DNA of 27,882 nucleotides, taken from IMG/VR virus record IMGVR_UViG_3300042868_005222, positions 1 to 27,882 of that record. One strand, 5' to 3'. Below, piece after piece: positions 1 through 8,725 of this stretch (positions are counted from its first letter, which is position 1; every line of letters starts with the position of its first letter). The position numbers and the translations under genes are program-made. The stretch is from a virus (lineage: Duplodnaviria > Caudoviricetes). Under the pieces are notes generated by a model. The model saw nothing but the letters and a program-made list of their open reading frames with translations, was not told the origin of the DNA and made no database searches.

Positions 1-1393
1 CAGCGTCAAGATAGAGGTCCTGCTGCGCAAGGTAGGTGCCGTCCACCGCGAGGTTCACCACGTAGATGATCTCGCCGACCTTCTCCTGCAAACGATTGGC
101 AAGGCCCGTGTGATATGCCGCACGCGCGGTCAACGCGAACGAAGAGCCTGCGCCGTAGAGATAGCTCTCGCCAAGGAACGGCTGGTAAAACTGCGGCGTG
201 GCGATGTGGTTCGGGTAGTTGAAGCCCGGCGGGTAAGGATTGACCTTGCCCATCAAGCGCAGGTAGTGCGGGACACTTAGCGCGATGCTGTAGGCAATGT
301 TCAGCGTGATCGTGGTCGCGCCGACTTCGACAACGAAGTGTGTGCCTTGATAGGTCGTTTGCGCAGCCGTTGGCGGCGACACAACCTCTGGACCGATCAC
401 GTTGATGGATTGGCCTACGACGATGCCATGGCCTGCTGCAACCGTGAACGCCACAAAGCTGCCAGTGCCAGACGCTGCCGACGTCGATGTGATCGTTTGC
501 TTGGTAGCGCGGCCTTCGATGGGCGACCACGGCAGGAAGTAAGCCCACTTCTCGAAAGGAACGTCAACCGCGCCAACGGGCGGCGGCTCGATGACGAACG
601 TGTCGTTGTTCGACGGGTTGTTTGGCAGAGCTTCGCTGAAAGTGAGCTTGACCGTTGGCGGTGCTCCTGCAACGTCGTTGGCAATGCCTCCGTCCAACGT
701 GATGCTGCTCACATAGCGCACAAGCCCGACATTGCCTGCGCTTGCACTTGCAGTGCAACGCACGCGCATGCCCGCCAGCGACCCGTTCCAACTGCCGTCG
801 GTTCCGAAGTCATCGCCCAAGCGTGGCTCGATGCAGATGTAACTACCAGACGCACTGTTGACGCCTGCGCGGATCGGGTAGGTGATTTCCTCGCCGATGA
901 CAGGAGGCGGATCAAATGCAGGAGCAACAAGAAGCTGGTCAGCCGCTCCAGCGGAGAGACTGCCTCCCCAGGCACTAACAGTGTGCGTGGTCCCAGTGCG
1001 CTCGCGTGTAAGCGTGCGGCCCGTCGGATCGTATTGCCACTTAAGCGCAGTCGTCAGACCAGTTGACGCTGTCGTGCTCAACTGATTATCGACCGCCGTG
1101 ACACGCGCTGTGCCTGGATATGTGACGTAAGCAATGCCCGTTGCGCACGGGTTGTAGAACGTCAGGTAGCGAATGCTGTCAACGGCTGCGCCCTTCAGCG
1201 AGCACGTCGGGAACTCAGGCCACGTGCCTGGGATCGTGTAGGTGTCGTTGTATGCACCTTGCGCTTCCGACGTCGAGATTGCGTTCTCGACGTCCACAAA
1301 GATCTGGCTGTGCAGCGCGCCCCACGCCGCGTAGTCCGCTTTCGTGCCGCCGTTGGACTGGCCGATGGTCAGGATGAACTTGCGAACTGCCAC
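1..1393 (-). CDS. Large putative virion protein with a split SGNH/SASA (sialate O-acetylesterase-like) domain; 3'-truncated by the window edge
   Basis: Manual translation: GTG at 1393 with AGGAG SD 6 nt upstream, and no stop through position 2 (464 codons), which is why the ORF track omits it. Starts MAVRKFILTIGQSN (SASA block I). A block II-like segment GLANRLQEKVGEIIYVVNLAVDGTYL begins at about residue 430. Thr/Gly-rich beta modules lie between. Confidence 0.8.
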   Translation of the reverse strand, partial: MAVRKFILTIGQSNGGTKADYAAWGALHSQIFVDVENAISTSEAQGAYNDTYTIPGTWPEFPTCSLKGAAVDSIRYLTFYNPCATGIAYVTYPGTARVTAVDNQLSTTASTGLTTALKWQYDPTGRTLTRERTGTTHTVSAWGGSLSAGAADQLLVAPAFDPPPVIGEEITYPIRAGVNSASGSYICIEPRLGDDFGTDGSWNGSLAGMRVRCTASASAGNVGLVRYVSSITLDGGIANDVAGAPPTVKLTFSEALPNNPSNNDTFVIEPPPVGAVDVPFEKWAYFLPWSPIEGRATKQTITSTSAASGTGSFVAFTVAAGHGIVVGQSINVIGPEVVSPPTAAQTTYQGTHFVVEVGATTITLNIAYSIALSVPHYLRLMGKVNPYPPGFNYPNHIATPQFYQPFLGESYLYGAGSSFALTARAAYHTGLANRLQEKVGEIIYVVNLAVDGTYLAQQDLYLDA

Positions 1394-1413
1394 GTGGTGC
1401 TCCTGGTGTAAGT

Positions 1414-1484
1414 GCTCGGCGGGAGTTCCGGCCCGCCGAGCTGCGATCTGTCACAGGGAAGCGACCGCTTGCGCCGCGCGGTCG
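1414..1484 (-). terminator. Tandem GC-rich hairpins after the capsid/cement genes (attenuator or mRNA-stabilising element)
   Basis: 10-bp inverted repeat GCTCGGCGGG (1414-1423)/CCCGCCGAGC (1432-1441) and 7-bp CGACCGC (1462-1468)/GCGGTCG (1478-1484). No strong U-tract. Confidence 0.45.
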
Positions 1485-1498
1485 TGCGGTTGCTCAGA

Positions 1499-1954
1499 TC
1501 AGGGGATCGGGACGATCCAGGCCGAGTAGGTCACGGCAGGCGTCGTTCCGGCGCTGATGCAGGTCAAACGGACGAACTGCGTCGCAATGATGCTGCTCGA
1601 ATCCGTCGCGCTGGTGACTGCGACGTTGTCGCAGTAGATCACCGTGCGACCCAAAGCCGTCGTATCAACAGGCTGGAGGTTGACAGTCGAGTCGCCGAGG
1701 CGCTTCTCTGCCAACACGTAGGCCGTGCTGAAGGCCGAAGCCGTGGCACCTTGCACCTGGAAGCGATACGACTCGTCACCGGTGGTGATGTCCATACCGC
1801 TCCAGTCGATGACCACCGCGAACCGCTGCCAGTTGTTGGCCGCGCCGCCAAGGTCAAACGCCGTGCCGTTGGTCGTGGTCGCGGTCGAGACCGCGGTTGC
1901 ACTAGCGAGCTGAAGCGCTCCATCGAGCGTCAGCGAGTAGCATTGAAAAGCCAT
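1499..1954 (-). CDS. Capsid cement/decoration protein (Bbp16-like, putative)
   Basis: 151 aa, Ala/Thr-rich, beta-like (DGALQLASATAVSTATTTNGTAFDLGG). Lies directly downstream of the major capsid gene with a strong AAGGAGG SD. Confidence 0.7.
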   Translation of the reverse strand: MAFQCYSLTLDGALQLASATAVSTATTTNGTAFDLGGAANNWQRFAVVIDWSGMDITTGDESYRFQVQGATASAFSTAYVLAEKRLGDSTVNLQPVDTTALGRTVIYCDNVAVTSATDSSSIIATQFVRLTCISAGTTPAVTYSAWIVPIP

Positions 1955-1972
1955 GTTGTTGTCCTCCTTGGA

Positions 1973-2941
1973 TCAGGCGATGGCGACTGCGTCGCTGATG
2001 TCGTAGAGGCGGGACACGCAACGCGGGTGGATGTCTGCAATGTTCGCATACATCTCGACGCGCGTGCGACGGACCGCCTTGGCGTTCTGTTCGCCCAGGT
2101 CACGCACCTGGACACCGCCGACCGTGGGCATGCACAGACCCATGTCCGTGAGCGACAAGCAGTAGATCGACGAGCTGCTGTCGTTGTTCTCGTTGAAGCC
2201 GATCTGCTCCAGGCCGCTGACCGTGCCGAGCACGTCCGCGTCGAGAATGGGCAGGCCGTTGTAGGTCGTCACAAGACGGCCGAACTCGTCCTTGACCATC
2301 TGCACCGACGAGCTGCCGCGCAGGAAGGCTTGGATGTTGACGCGCATCTTCTTGGCCATCAGCAGGTGCGTCGGGTTCTCGACCGCCTGGATCGCCTCGT
2401 CGAGCGAGCGCATCGAAAGCGCACCGCCACCAGCGTTGGCGAAGATCTGGCCAGCGTTCTCGCCGCCGTCCACGACCGGCGTGGAGCCGAAGCCGCCACC
2501 GTAACGGACCTGGAGGCCGTCGAAGCCGTTGGCGTCACCGGTCGAGCCACCACCACCAGCGACCGACCCCTTGATGATCTGGAAGCTGATCGTCTGCGCG
2601 ATGAGCGCGGCCTTCGCCTGCTCTTGGATCGCGCGGTGGGCCGGGCCGTGAGCCTGGACCAAGAACTCGTCAACGTCGAGGTCGCCGCCGATGATCTTCA
2701 TCGCAACGGTGCGGGTCTCAACGGTGCCTGCCGATTCCGAGTAGGAACCGTTGACGGAACGGAAGCCTGCCGAGCCAAGCGAGGCTTGACGCGTCCAGGC
2801 GAAAGCGCTGCCTTGGATCGGCAGCATGGGCATAGCGGCGAGCAGCGGCGAGCTGTCGGCAAACGTCTTCAGAACGCCTGCCTTCTTGAACTCACCGTTT
2901 GCTTCCGCAGTCAGAGCGGACTGGAGAAGAGTAACGGCCAT
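1973..2941 (-). CDS. Major capsid protein (HK97 fold)
   Basis: 322 aa following the scaffold gene. Motifs SPLLAAMP, FRSVNGSY, IIGGDLDVD, FDGL and TTYNGLPI are typical of BPP-1-like capsid proteins. Strong codon bias. Confidence 0.9.
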   Translation of the reverse strand: MAVTLLQSALTAEANGEFKKAGVLKTFADSSPLLAAMPMLPIQGSAFAWTRQASLGSAGFRSVNGSYSESAGTVETRTVAMKIIGGDLDVDEFLVQAHGPAHRAIQEQAKAALIAQTISFQIIKGSVAGGGGSTGDANGFDGLQVRYGGGFGSTPVVDGGENAGQIFANAGGGALSMRSLDEAIQAVENPTHLLMAKKMRVNIQAFLRGSSSVQMVKDEFGRLVTTYNGLPILDADVLGTVSGLEQIGFNENNDSSSSIYCLSLTDMGLCMPTVGGVQVRDLGEQNAKAVRRTRVEMYANIADIHPRCVSRLYDISDAVAIA

Positions 2942-3001
2942 GAGGTTTCCTCAATGGGTGTTTGCCCACGAGGAAGCGTCATAGCGGCTCCCAGAAGCTC
3001 G

Positions 3002-3736
3002 CTACCGGTGCATACTGGCACGGTCGAACAGCTCCCTCGCGGATAGAGATCCTGGGACTGACGCCCGAACCGCGCCCGCGGTCGAAGACGTGGAACCGGA
3101 GCCCCCGGTTCCAGAACCTGCGAAGGCGACCTTGTATTCGGCCTGCTCTCGCAACGTATGAACGAACTCGTTGATGGACATGGGAGAGGTCGCGCCCGCG
3201 GCCTTGCTCACCAGTTCCTTGCCCGAGTCATCGACCACAGACACCGCCAAACGCCCGTCTGGAGTGGTCTCGGCCTTCACTGCTGCCTTCACGATCGGCA
3301 ACAGCAGCTTGAGGTTGCCGCCCGCTTCAGCGATCGCCTTTTGTGCGGCGTTGTCCACCATCAGCTCGGTGAGCTGCTTGGTCAGACCGTGCGCCATGGC
3401 GTCCTTCTTCGCTAGGTCAGCGGCAACCTTCGATTCGAGCGACTTGCGGAACTCGTCGATCTCCTTGCTGCCCTTCAAGGCGCCCGCCTTGAGTTGCTGC
3501 AAAGCCTCGCGCGCTGCCGCTGCGTCGTCGATGCCCTCGTAAGCCTGAAGGGCCTTCTCTGCGGTCTTCCGCGCCGTGCGCTCCTCGCTGAGGAACTTGC
3601 GCAGGCCAACGGTGTCTCCCACTTCCCATCCTTCTGGCAGCGAGCTAACGACCCAACGGTCGCCCTCCTGCTTTGCATGGGCGCGCAGCCCTTCGGGAAG
3701 ATCAGAGTCCTTGTCTGCGACGATGCGGAATGCCAT
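3002..3736 (-). CDS. Capsid scaffolding protein
   Basis: 244 aa, Lys/Glu/Ala-rich coiled coil with a Gly/Ser-rich C-terminal linker (FAGSGTGGSGS). Immediately upstream of the capsid gene. Confidence 0.8.
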   Translation of the reverse strand: MAFRIVADKDSDLPEGLRAHAKQEGDRWVVSSLPEGWEVGDTVGLRKFLSEERTARKTAEKALQAYEGIDDAAAAREALQQLKAGALKGSKEIDEFRKSLESKVAADLAKKDAMAHGLTKQLTELMVDNAAQKAIAEAGGNLKLLLPIVKAAVKAETTPDGRLAVSVVDDSGKELVSKAAGATSPMSINEFVHTLREQAEYKVAFAGSGTGGSGSTSSTAGAVRASVPGSLSARELFDRASMHR

Positions 3737-3744
3737 CAGTCGGA

Positions 3745-3773
3745 AAGGTATCGACTTTCAATCGGGCGCACAA
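3745..3773 (-). promoter_or_regulatory. Putative sigma70-type promoter for scaffold/capsid genes (near-leaderless)
   Basis: TTGTGC-N17-TACCTT-N8-ATG (3736). No SD before the scaffold ATG. Confidence 0.45.
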
Positions 3774-3786
3774 GTCCCCTAATCGC

Positions 3787-4224
3787 TCAGGATCGCTCAA
3801 GCTGCGCTTGGACCTTGCGCCAGTAGCCAACGGTCGCCTGCTTGCGATGGCCGCGCGGGCCGCCGTTGTGGACGCGGGAGAGCCGTTCCCAATCCTTGTC
3901 CGCCACGGCCTGCTGGCAATAGCGCAGCATGTAGGCGACCACCACGCGCTCCGCGTAGACGCGGTCGGTCACGTCCTGGTAGACGGCATCGCGCAGCGCC
4001 GGGCAGACCTGGCAGGCGTCCGACCAGTAGATCTCCCAGATCTGGAAGCGGCCAATCGCCTTGCCGCCGTCGCCGACGGCCTGGTCATCGGCCGAGCTCT
4101 CGACCATGGCCACGGCGTCGAGCCACGGGCGCAGCTCGCGGCGCGCAGCGTCAACGTCGCGCAGGCGGATCTGGGCAGACAGGACAGAGCAGAGGAGCAG
4201 GACCAACGAGAGAGTGCGTAGCAT
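3787..4224 (-). CDS. Lysozyme-like endolysin (i-type/destabilase-like) with N-terminal signal peptide
   Basis: Motifs AMVES, GDGGKAIGRFQIWEIYWSDA and SRVHNGGPRG. N-terminus MLRTLSLVLLLCSVLSA. ATG at 4224 preferred over TTG at 4230. Confidence 0.8.
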   Translation of the reverse strand: MLRTLSLVLLLCSVLSAQIRLRDVDAARRELRPWLDAVAMVESSADDQAVGDGGKAIGRFQIWEIYWSDACQVCPALRDAVYQDVTDRVYAERVVVAYMLRYCQQAVADKDWERLSRVHNGGPRGHRKQATVGYWRKVQAQLERS

Positions 4225-4353
4225 GCCCAAGCTATCGGCACTTCCGCTGCGCGAGTTGAGCGGCGATTCCTTCGCCGTCGGCCGGCCGCGTCGAGAATCC
4301 TTCGCGCTTACTCGAGCAAGACCACAAGCGGTCGAGTCCGGGCCGGGCCGCGC

Positions 4354-5466
4354 CTACGAGTCCTTGAGCTCGTCGAGGCTGCGCAAGCGTCCGGTCTTGG
4401 TCACCAAATCCTTGGGCGAAATCTGGCCCGAGCGCAAGAGACGCGCTCGGCCTGGGCCGAAGATCTCGTCTTGCACGTCCTTGGGCTGCCGCTTGACCCA
4501 GTCGTTGTAGGTCACGGCATCTGGCACCTGGCCATCCATGCTCGCGCGCGTCGAGGCGGACAGCTCGGCGGCCTCGGCCTTCTTGGCCTTGCTGCCCTTG
4601 ATGATCTCGGCCAGCGACTTGGTGACCGGCGCCGTTGTGCAGCGGCAGTTCCAGTGCGCTGGCGGGCGCGGGCCTTCCTTGAGCTGGAACACCTTGCCGT
4701 CGAGCGGGCCGCAGATCGGGCAGGTCTTCGTGTCGAGAGTCGCTACCCACTGCACGCCCTTGAGCACGGACTCCATCTCGCCGTAGGTGACCTCGCGCGC
4801 CTGCGTGGTCACGTGGTTGCTGGTCGTTCGCACGATGGCCGCAGCCTGCTCGCGGGTCGCGTTCAGTGCGCCGTCGCGGTAGCCGTTGGCCTGCGTGCCT
4901 CGAACTCGACGCACGATCTGGTCGGCCGTCTCGCCCTGGCTCAAGCCCTTGCCGATCTCGGTGGTGATCTTCTCTTGCGTGCGCGCGGTCAGGTCATCCC
5001 ACCACTTCTTCATCGGCTTGCCCTGGATCGGCTGATCCACGACCTGCTGCACGATGCGCAGGTTGACCGTGTCATCGGGCAGCACGACCACGTGCGCTTC
5101 CTTCGGGATCGACTGGGAGACCATGCCCTCTTGCCAGCGCGCCTCGACCTTGGCCAGCTCGCGCATGAGTTCGGCCAGCATCTTGCGCGCTTCGTCGTGC
5201 CCGCCCTTCAGCATCGCCTTGATGTCGGCCAGCATGGTCGCGTATCGCTTGGTCGTGGCGAAGCCGGAGTCCACGCCGCGAAGGCGGATGCGTTCAAGGC
5301 GGACGGCGAGCTTGGCCAACAGGTCGGGGTAGACCTCTTCGTTGAGGTAGCCCACCACCTGCTGCGTCGCCGTGGCGTAGTAGCGTTCGAGGTAGATGGC
5401 GTGACGGATCGCGCGGTCTTGCATGCGCGCGTTGACGTTCTGCTTGGGATCGTCTGGTTCAGCCAT
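4354..5466 (-). CDS. Minor head morphogenesis protein (SPP1 gp7/Mu gpF family)
   Basis: IVRTTSNH, WVATLDTKTCPICGPLDG and PPAHWNCRC motifs. Downstream of portal. ATG at 5466 (MAEPDD). Confidence 0.92.
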   Translation of the reverse strand: MAEPDDPKQNVNARMQDRAIRHAIYLERYYATATQQVVGYLNEEVYPDLLAKLAVRLERIRLRGVDSGFATTKRYATMLADIKAMLKGGHDEARKMLAELMRELAKVEARWQEGMVSQSIPKEAHVVVLPDDTVNLRIVQQVVDQPIQGKPMKKWWDDLTARTQEKITTEIGKGLSQGETADQIVRRVRGTQANGYRDGALNATREQAAAIVRTTSNHVTTQAREVTYGEMESVLKGVQWVATLDTKTCPICGPLDGKVFQLKEGPRPPAHWNCRCTTAPVTKSLAEIIKGSKAKKAEAAELSASTRASMDGQVPDAVTYNDWVKRQPKDVQDEIFGPGRARLLRSGQISPKDLVTKTGRLRSLDELKDS

Positions 5467-5707
5467 GGCGCTTCTGCTTCTGGTCGTAGGCAATCTCGAT
5501 CATCTGCCCGTCGATGTAGGTCGAAGCGCAGTGCGGCCAGCACAACGGCAGCACGCCGCCCTTGCTGGCCTCTGGGTCCCACGTGTAACCGTTGCGGCTG
5601 TCCTTCTGCATCATGCGCACCGTGCCACCGACAGAGACGCACCAACGGTTGAGGCAGATGAACTGCTGGCCGTAGTCGAGGATCTCGTTGCACAGGTCGC
5701 ATCGCAT
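5459..5707 (-). CDS. Small Cys-rich hypothetical protein (82 aa, possible Zn ribbon)
   Basis: MRCDLC...LCWPHC. SD-like AGGTGG upstream. Overlaps the start of the next gene by 8 nt. Confidence 0.7.
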   Translation of the reverse strand: MRCDLCNEILDYGQQFICLNRWCVSVGGTVRMMQKDSRNGYTWDPEASKGGVLPLCWPHCASTYIDGQMIEIAYDQKQKRHG

Positions 5708-5709
5708 GG

Positions 5710-5787
5710 TCAGTCCACCTTGATCTGGCAGGTGCAGTGTCCGTGAACCAGAACGGCGCCGCAGGAAGTGCAGCGGTCGCCGTTCAT
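5710..5787 (-). CDS. 25-aa Cys/His microprotein
   Basis: MNGDRCTSCGAVLVHGHCTCQIKVD*. ATGA overlap with the portal stop, GAGGAGG/GAGG SD upstream, and it ends 2 nt before the next ATG. Confidence 0.6.
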   Translation of the reverse strand: MNGDRCTSCGAVLVHGHCTCQIKVD

Positions 5788-7442
5788 GCCTCGTCCTCCT
5801 CTTCGGCCACCGGCTCATCCTCGACGTCCGGCACTTCCGGCTGGATCGGCGGCGCGGGCTGCTCGGGCGGGATCGGCATCGACATGCCCGCGAGGTCCGG
5901 CCCTTCGGCCTGCGTCTCGGCGACCTCGGCTTCGATGTCCACTTCCTCGCCTAGCGTGCCGCGCTTCTGGAGCTCGCGCAGGTAGGTGGCCTGCGTGATC
6001 TCCTTCGACTGACGCGCCGTGGTCAGCGTCTGGAGGTCGGTCTGCGCCCGCGTCGGGATGCCGAAGTCGCGGAAGATGTCGATGTCGAACGACTTGGGCA
6101 ACTCGTCGCTCGCGCCCGATGTCTCCCACAGCATCGCCATCTCGTAGGCGTCGTAAAGCAGCCACTCGAGCTGCTCGGTCCACGACTGCACGCGGCTCTG
6201 CGCTCGCGCGCCCGCAGCGTCAACGGCCGTGGCCGTGCTGCCTGCGGTCACCTGCTCGACGAACGGCGCAAGGCCGAGGCTCTGCTCTTCGGTGCGGATG
6301 TCGCGCAGCCTCTCCATGAGCTTGGTCGCGGCCGCGCCGCTCGTCTCGACGAAGCCGACCTGCATGTTGGGGTCGCGGCTGATGATCGTGGCACCTGCGC
6401 CGTAGACGATCTCCTGCGTGCCGTCGGCCAGGTCGCTCGACGCGCCAGAGATCGAGAGCGCCGGGTAGCTGTGCCAGTGCAGGTTGCTCGAGAGCGACGA
6501 GGTGACGAGCCAGTCGTCCACGTTCTTCCACGCCAGGTCGATCAGCGGCGGCTTTGCGACCAGCGGGTCGTTGCTGCGCTTGCTGACGTTGCGGAACACG
6601 AACGGCACAACGCCGAGCGGGTTGATGCCTTGCTGCACCAAGCGGTAGGGGTCGCGGTCGGTCGCGCTCGTCGCGGTCGAAGACTGCTTGGCCGTGATCA
6701 GCAGATCGGCCCCGGTGTCAATCGTGCTCGACAGCCCGGCGATCGAGCTGGGCATCGTGCGCTCCCACATCTCGAAGACCTGCTCCGTCCAGACCAGCAC
6801 GGTCTGCACGGTGCGCTCCTGCATCGTCTGCGGATCGACTTCGTGGTCTTCGTGGTAGATGGCAATGCCAGCGAGGATGCGCTTGCCCGTCGAGTCACGC
6901 CGCCACGACCAGTTGATGATGTTGTCGGGGTGGACGAACGCGAAGTACGGCCGCACGTCGTTGGCCTCTTCCTCGGCCAGCGTCATGTTGCGGAACGCGG
7001 TCGGCGCACCGCTTTCGTCGAACTCGGTCGCCACTTGCGCGCCCGGCTTGTCCACGAGCAGGCAGGCAAGGCCCGTGTCCGCCATCGAGTCCATGAGCAT
7101 GCGGCCCATGGTGGTGAGGTTGGTGTCCTCGCGGTCGCAGTCCTCCTCGAGGTAGCGCAGGTTCTCGGGCAGCAGCTCGGCGTCCTTGAGCACGATCGCG
7201 CGCTGGAACGGCTTGTCCACGATGCCCGTGACGGCGTCATCGTAGGCAGGGAACAGGAACGTGCGCAGCAAGCGAGAGACATACTCCTTGGGCTGCCTGC
7301 GCTCGCGGTGGTCCATCGGCGTGAGCGCCGTGCCCATCGAGCGCATCGCGGTCGTGCCGCCTCGCAGCGCACGCGTGATGATGCGGTCAACCTCCATGGC
7401 CTTCCGCGAACTGTGCCACTGCCCAATCGTGTGTCCGTCCAT
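5784..7442 (-). CDS. Portal protein (DUF4055-like)
   Basis: 552 aa directly after TerL. Motifs GLACLLVD, RPYF, IINW, VVPFV and PPLIDLAWKN. Acidic Pro-rich tail. Confidence 0.9.
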   Translation of the reverse strand: MDGHTIGQWHSSRKAMEVDRIITRALRGGTTAMRSMGTALTPMDHRERRQPKEYVSRLLRTFLFPAYDDAVTGIVDKPFQRAIVLKDAELLPENLRYLEEDCDREDTNLTTMGRMLMDSMADTGLACLLVDKPGAQVATEFDESGAPTAFRNMTLAEEEANDVRPYFAFVHPDNIINWSWRRDSTGKRILAGIAIYHEDHEVDPQTMQERTVQTVLVWTEQVFEMWERTMPSSIAGLSSTIDTGADLLITAKQSSTATSATDRDPYRLVQQGINPLGVVPFVFRNVSKRSNDPLVAKPPLIDLAWKNVDDWLVTSSLSSNLHWHSYPALSISGASSDLADGTQEIVYGAGATIISRDPNMQVGFVETSGAAATKLMERLRDIRTEEQSLGLAPFVEQVTAGSTATAVDAAGARAQSRVQSWTEQLEWLLYDAYEMAMLWETSGASDELPKSFDIDIFRDFGIPTRAQTDLQTLTTARQSKEITQATYLRELQKRGTLGEEVDIEAEVAETQAEGPDLAGMSMPIPPEQPAPPIQPEVPDVEDEPVAEEEDEA

Positions 7443-8725
7443 TACGTGATCCTCATGCTGCTGCCACCGATGGGATGGCGTTCGTGAATGTAGTATCGCA
7501 GAGCGTCGCTCCAGTGGGTGCGCTTAGGGTCGCTCTTGTCGATATCGCGCGTGTCCTTGTCCTCGTTCCAAGTGACCGACTCCAAGTCCTTGAGCGTCTG
7601 CGGTGCGGCCTGCGCGTTGATGGCGAAGCGCACATCGCCTGCTGCATTGAGCAGTCGAGCGTTCACGCTGTTGACCGAGTCCACAATCGGCGGCGCAGAC
7701 CTGGTCACGCGGTCGAGGATGCGAGCGAAGCCCTTGCGCAGATGCTGCCGCACCAGGTCCCAGTCGTTCGACTGCGCGCTGGTCCTGCGCTGATTGCCCG
7801 ACGGGTCGCCGTAGATGACGACGTCGCCCGTGTGCCCGCGATACATGCGCGCCAGCTCGTCGCAGACCAGGTCGGTGCGGCTGTCGTCTGCAATGTGCAC
7901 TTCGCCGATGACGGCCGTGATGACCTTGGGTCCCAGCGTTTGCTCTTGCACCACTACGGCCGAGCCCGGTGCGACGTTGAAGTCGAAGCAGAACACGAGA
8001 GGCAGCGTTGGCTCGTATCGCACCGGCTGCACGTGGACGGCCGTGTCGAATGCGTAGTAGACGCGGCCCGATGCGGTGAGGAAGGCGGCCTCATACTCCT
8101 GCGCGAACATGCGCGGGTCGAGGTCACGCTTGGCGGCCTCGACCTCGGCCGCTCCGATGATGTCGCTCGACGTCCAGTGGAACGCGTCCCAGTCGGGCGT
8201 GGTCTTGGCGTTGGTCCACAGATCGTAGAGCAGCGCCCGGCCCTTCGGTCGCCCGATGAACCAGCACCAGCCAGGTCGGCCGCGCGTCGAGAGCGCAGGA
8301 CGAAGCGACGATGACCAGGCGGACCGCTTGCACTCGTCGATCTCGTCGATGACGCAACCGTCGATCGGGATGCCCTCGACGCGCTGCGGACGGTCCATGC
8401 CCACGACCATCAGCCGTGAGCCGGTCTTGTAGTGGATCGTCAGTTCGGACTCGCTGATGGCCGAGATCCACTGACGCGGGGACAGCGCCTTGAGGTCGTC
8501 CCACCAGATGCGCTTGGCCTGGTCGCGCGTCGGAGCCGCGGCAATGAACGTCGGCGTCGGCACCTTTGGCGGATCCAGCGCGGCCTCGACGAGCTTTCGC
8601 TTGGCGCGCTCGGTCTTGCCACTTCGACGCCCGGCGGCCACGACCTTCCAGCGCGCGGTGGACTGGACCAGCCGCACCTGCTCGGGGTGCGGCTCCAGCG
8701 GATACCACCTAGCTGGCAGCGGCAT
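7442..8725 (-). CDS. terL: Terminase large subunit
   Basis: Walker A AGRRSGKT, Walker B CVIDE, FAQEYEA, and nuclease motifs FDFN, GDPSG, HWSDALRY. Confidence 0.96.
   Translation of the reverse strand: MPLPARWYPLEPHPEQVRLVQSTARWKVVAAGRRSGKTERAKRKLVEAALDPPKVPTPTFIAAAPTRDQAKRIWWDDLKALSPRQWISAISESELTIHYKTGSRLMVVGMDRPQRVEGIPIDGCVIDEIDECKRSAWSSSLRPALSTRGRPGWCWFIGRPKGRALLYDLWTNAKTTPDWDAFHWTSSDIIGAAEVEAAKRDLDPRMFAQEYEAAFLTASGRVYYAFDTAVHVQPVRYEPTLPLVFCFDFNVAPGSAVVVQEQTLGPKVITAVIGEVHIADDSRTDLVCDELARMYRGHTGDVVIYGDPSGNQRRTSAQSNDWDLVRQHLRKGFARILDRVTRSAPPIVDSVNSVNARLLNAAGDVRFAINAQAAPQTLKDLESVTWNEDKDTRDIDKSDPKRTHWSDALRYYIHERHPIGGSSMRIT

Noticed and set aside
6-1454. Fragmented ORF track suggesting a pseudogene or recoding
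   Set aside because: One uninterrupted minus-strand frame runs from 1393 off the window edge. The listed short ORFs are alternative-frame artefacts.
1393-1504. Readthrough or +1 frameshift at CCC-TGA fusing the cement gene to the esterase gene
   Set aside because: The genes share a frame, but a second in-frame TGA at 1451-1453 blocks readthrough. The +1 frame stops after about 44 codons. The downstream gene has its own SD.
1412-3046. Long plus-strand ORFs (544 aa here; also 4471-5652, 6471-7487, 9292-11247, 15957-16988, 24059-25132)
   Set aside because: These are antisense shadows of well-supported minus-strand genes in GC-rich DNA. They are Arg/Val-rich with no motifs or SD.
4225-4353. Short repeats (TCCTTCGC twice) and weak palindromes upstream of the lysozyme
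   Set aside because: Too short to be distinguished from chance at this GC content. The TAGCTT box lacks a -35 and is only 4 nt from the ATG.
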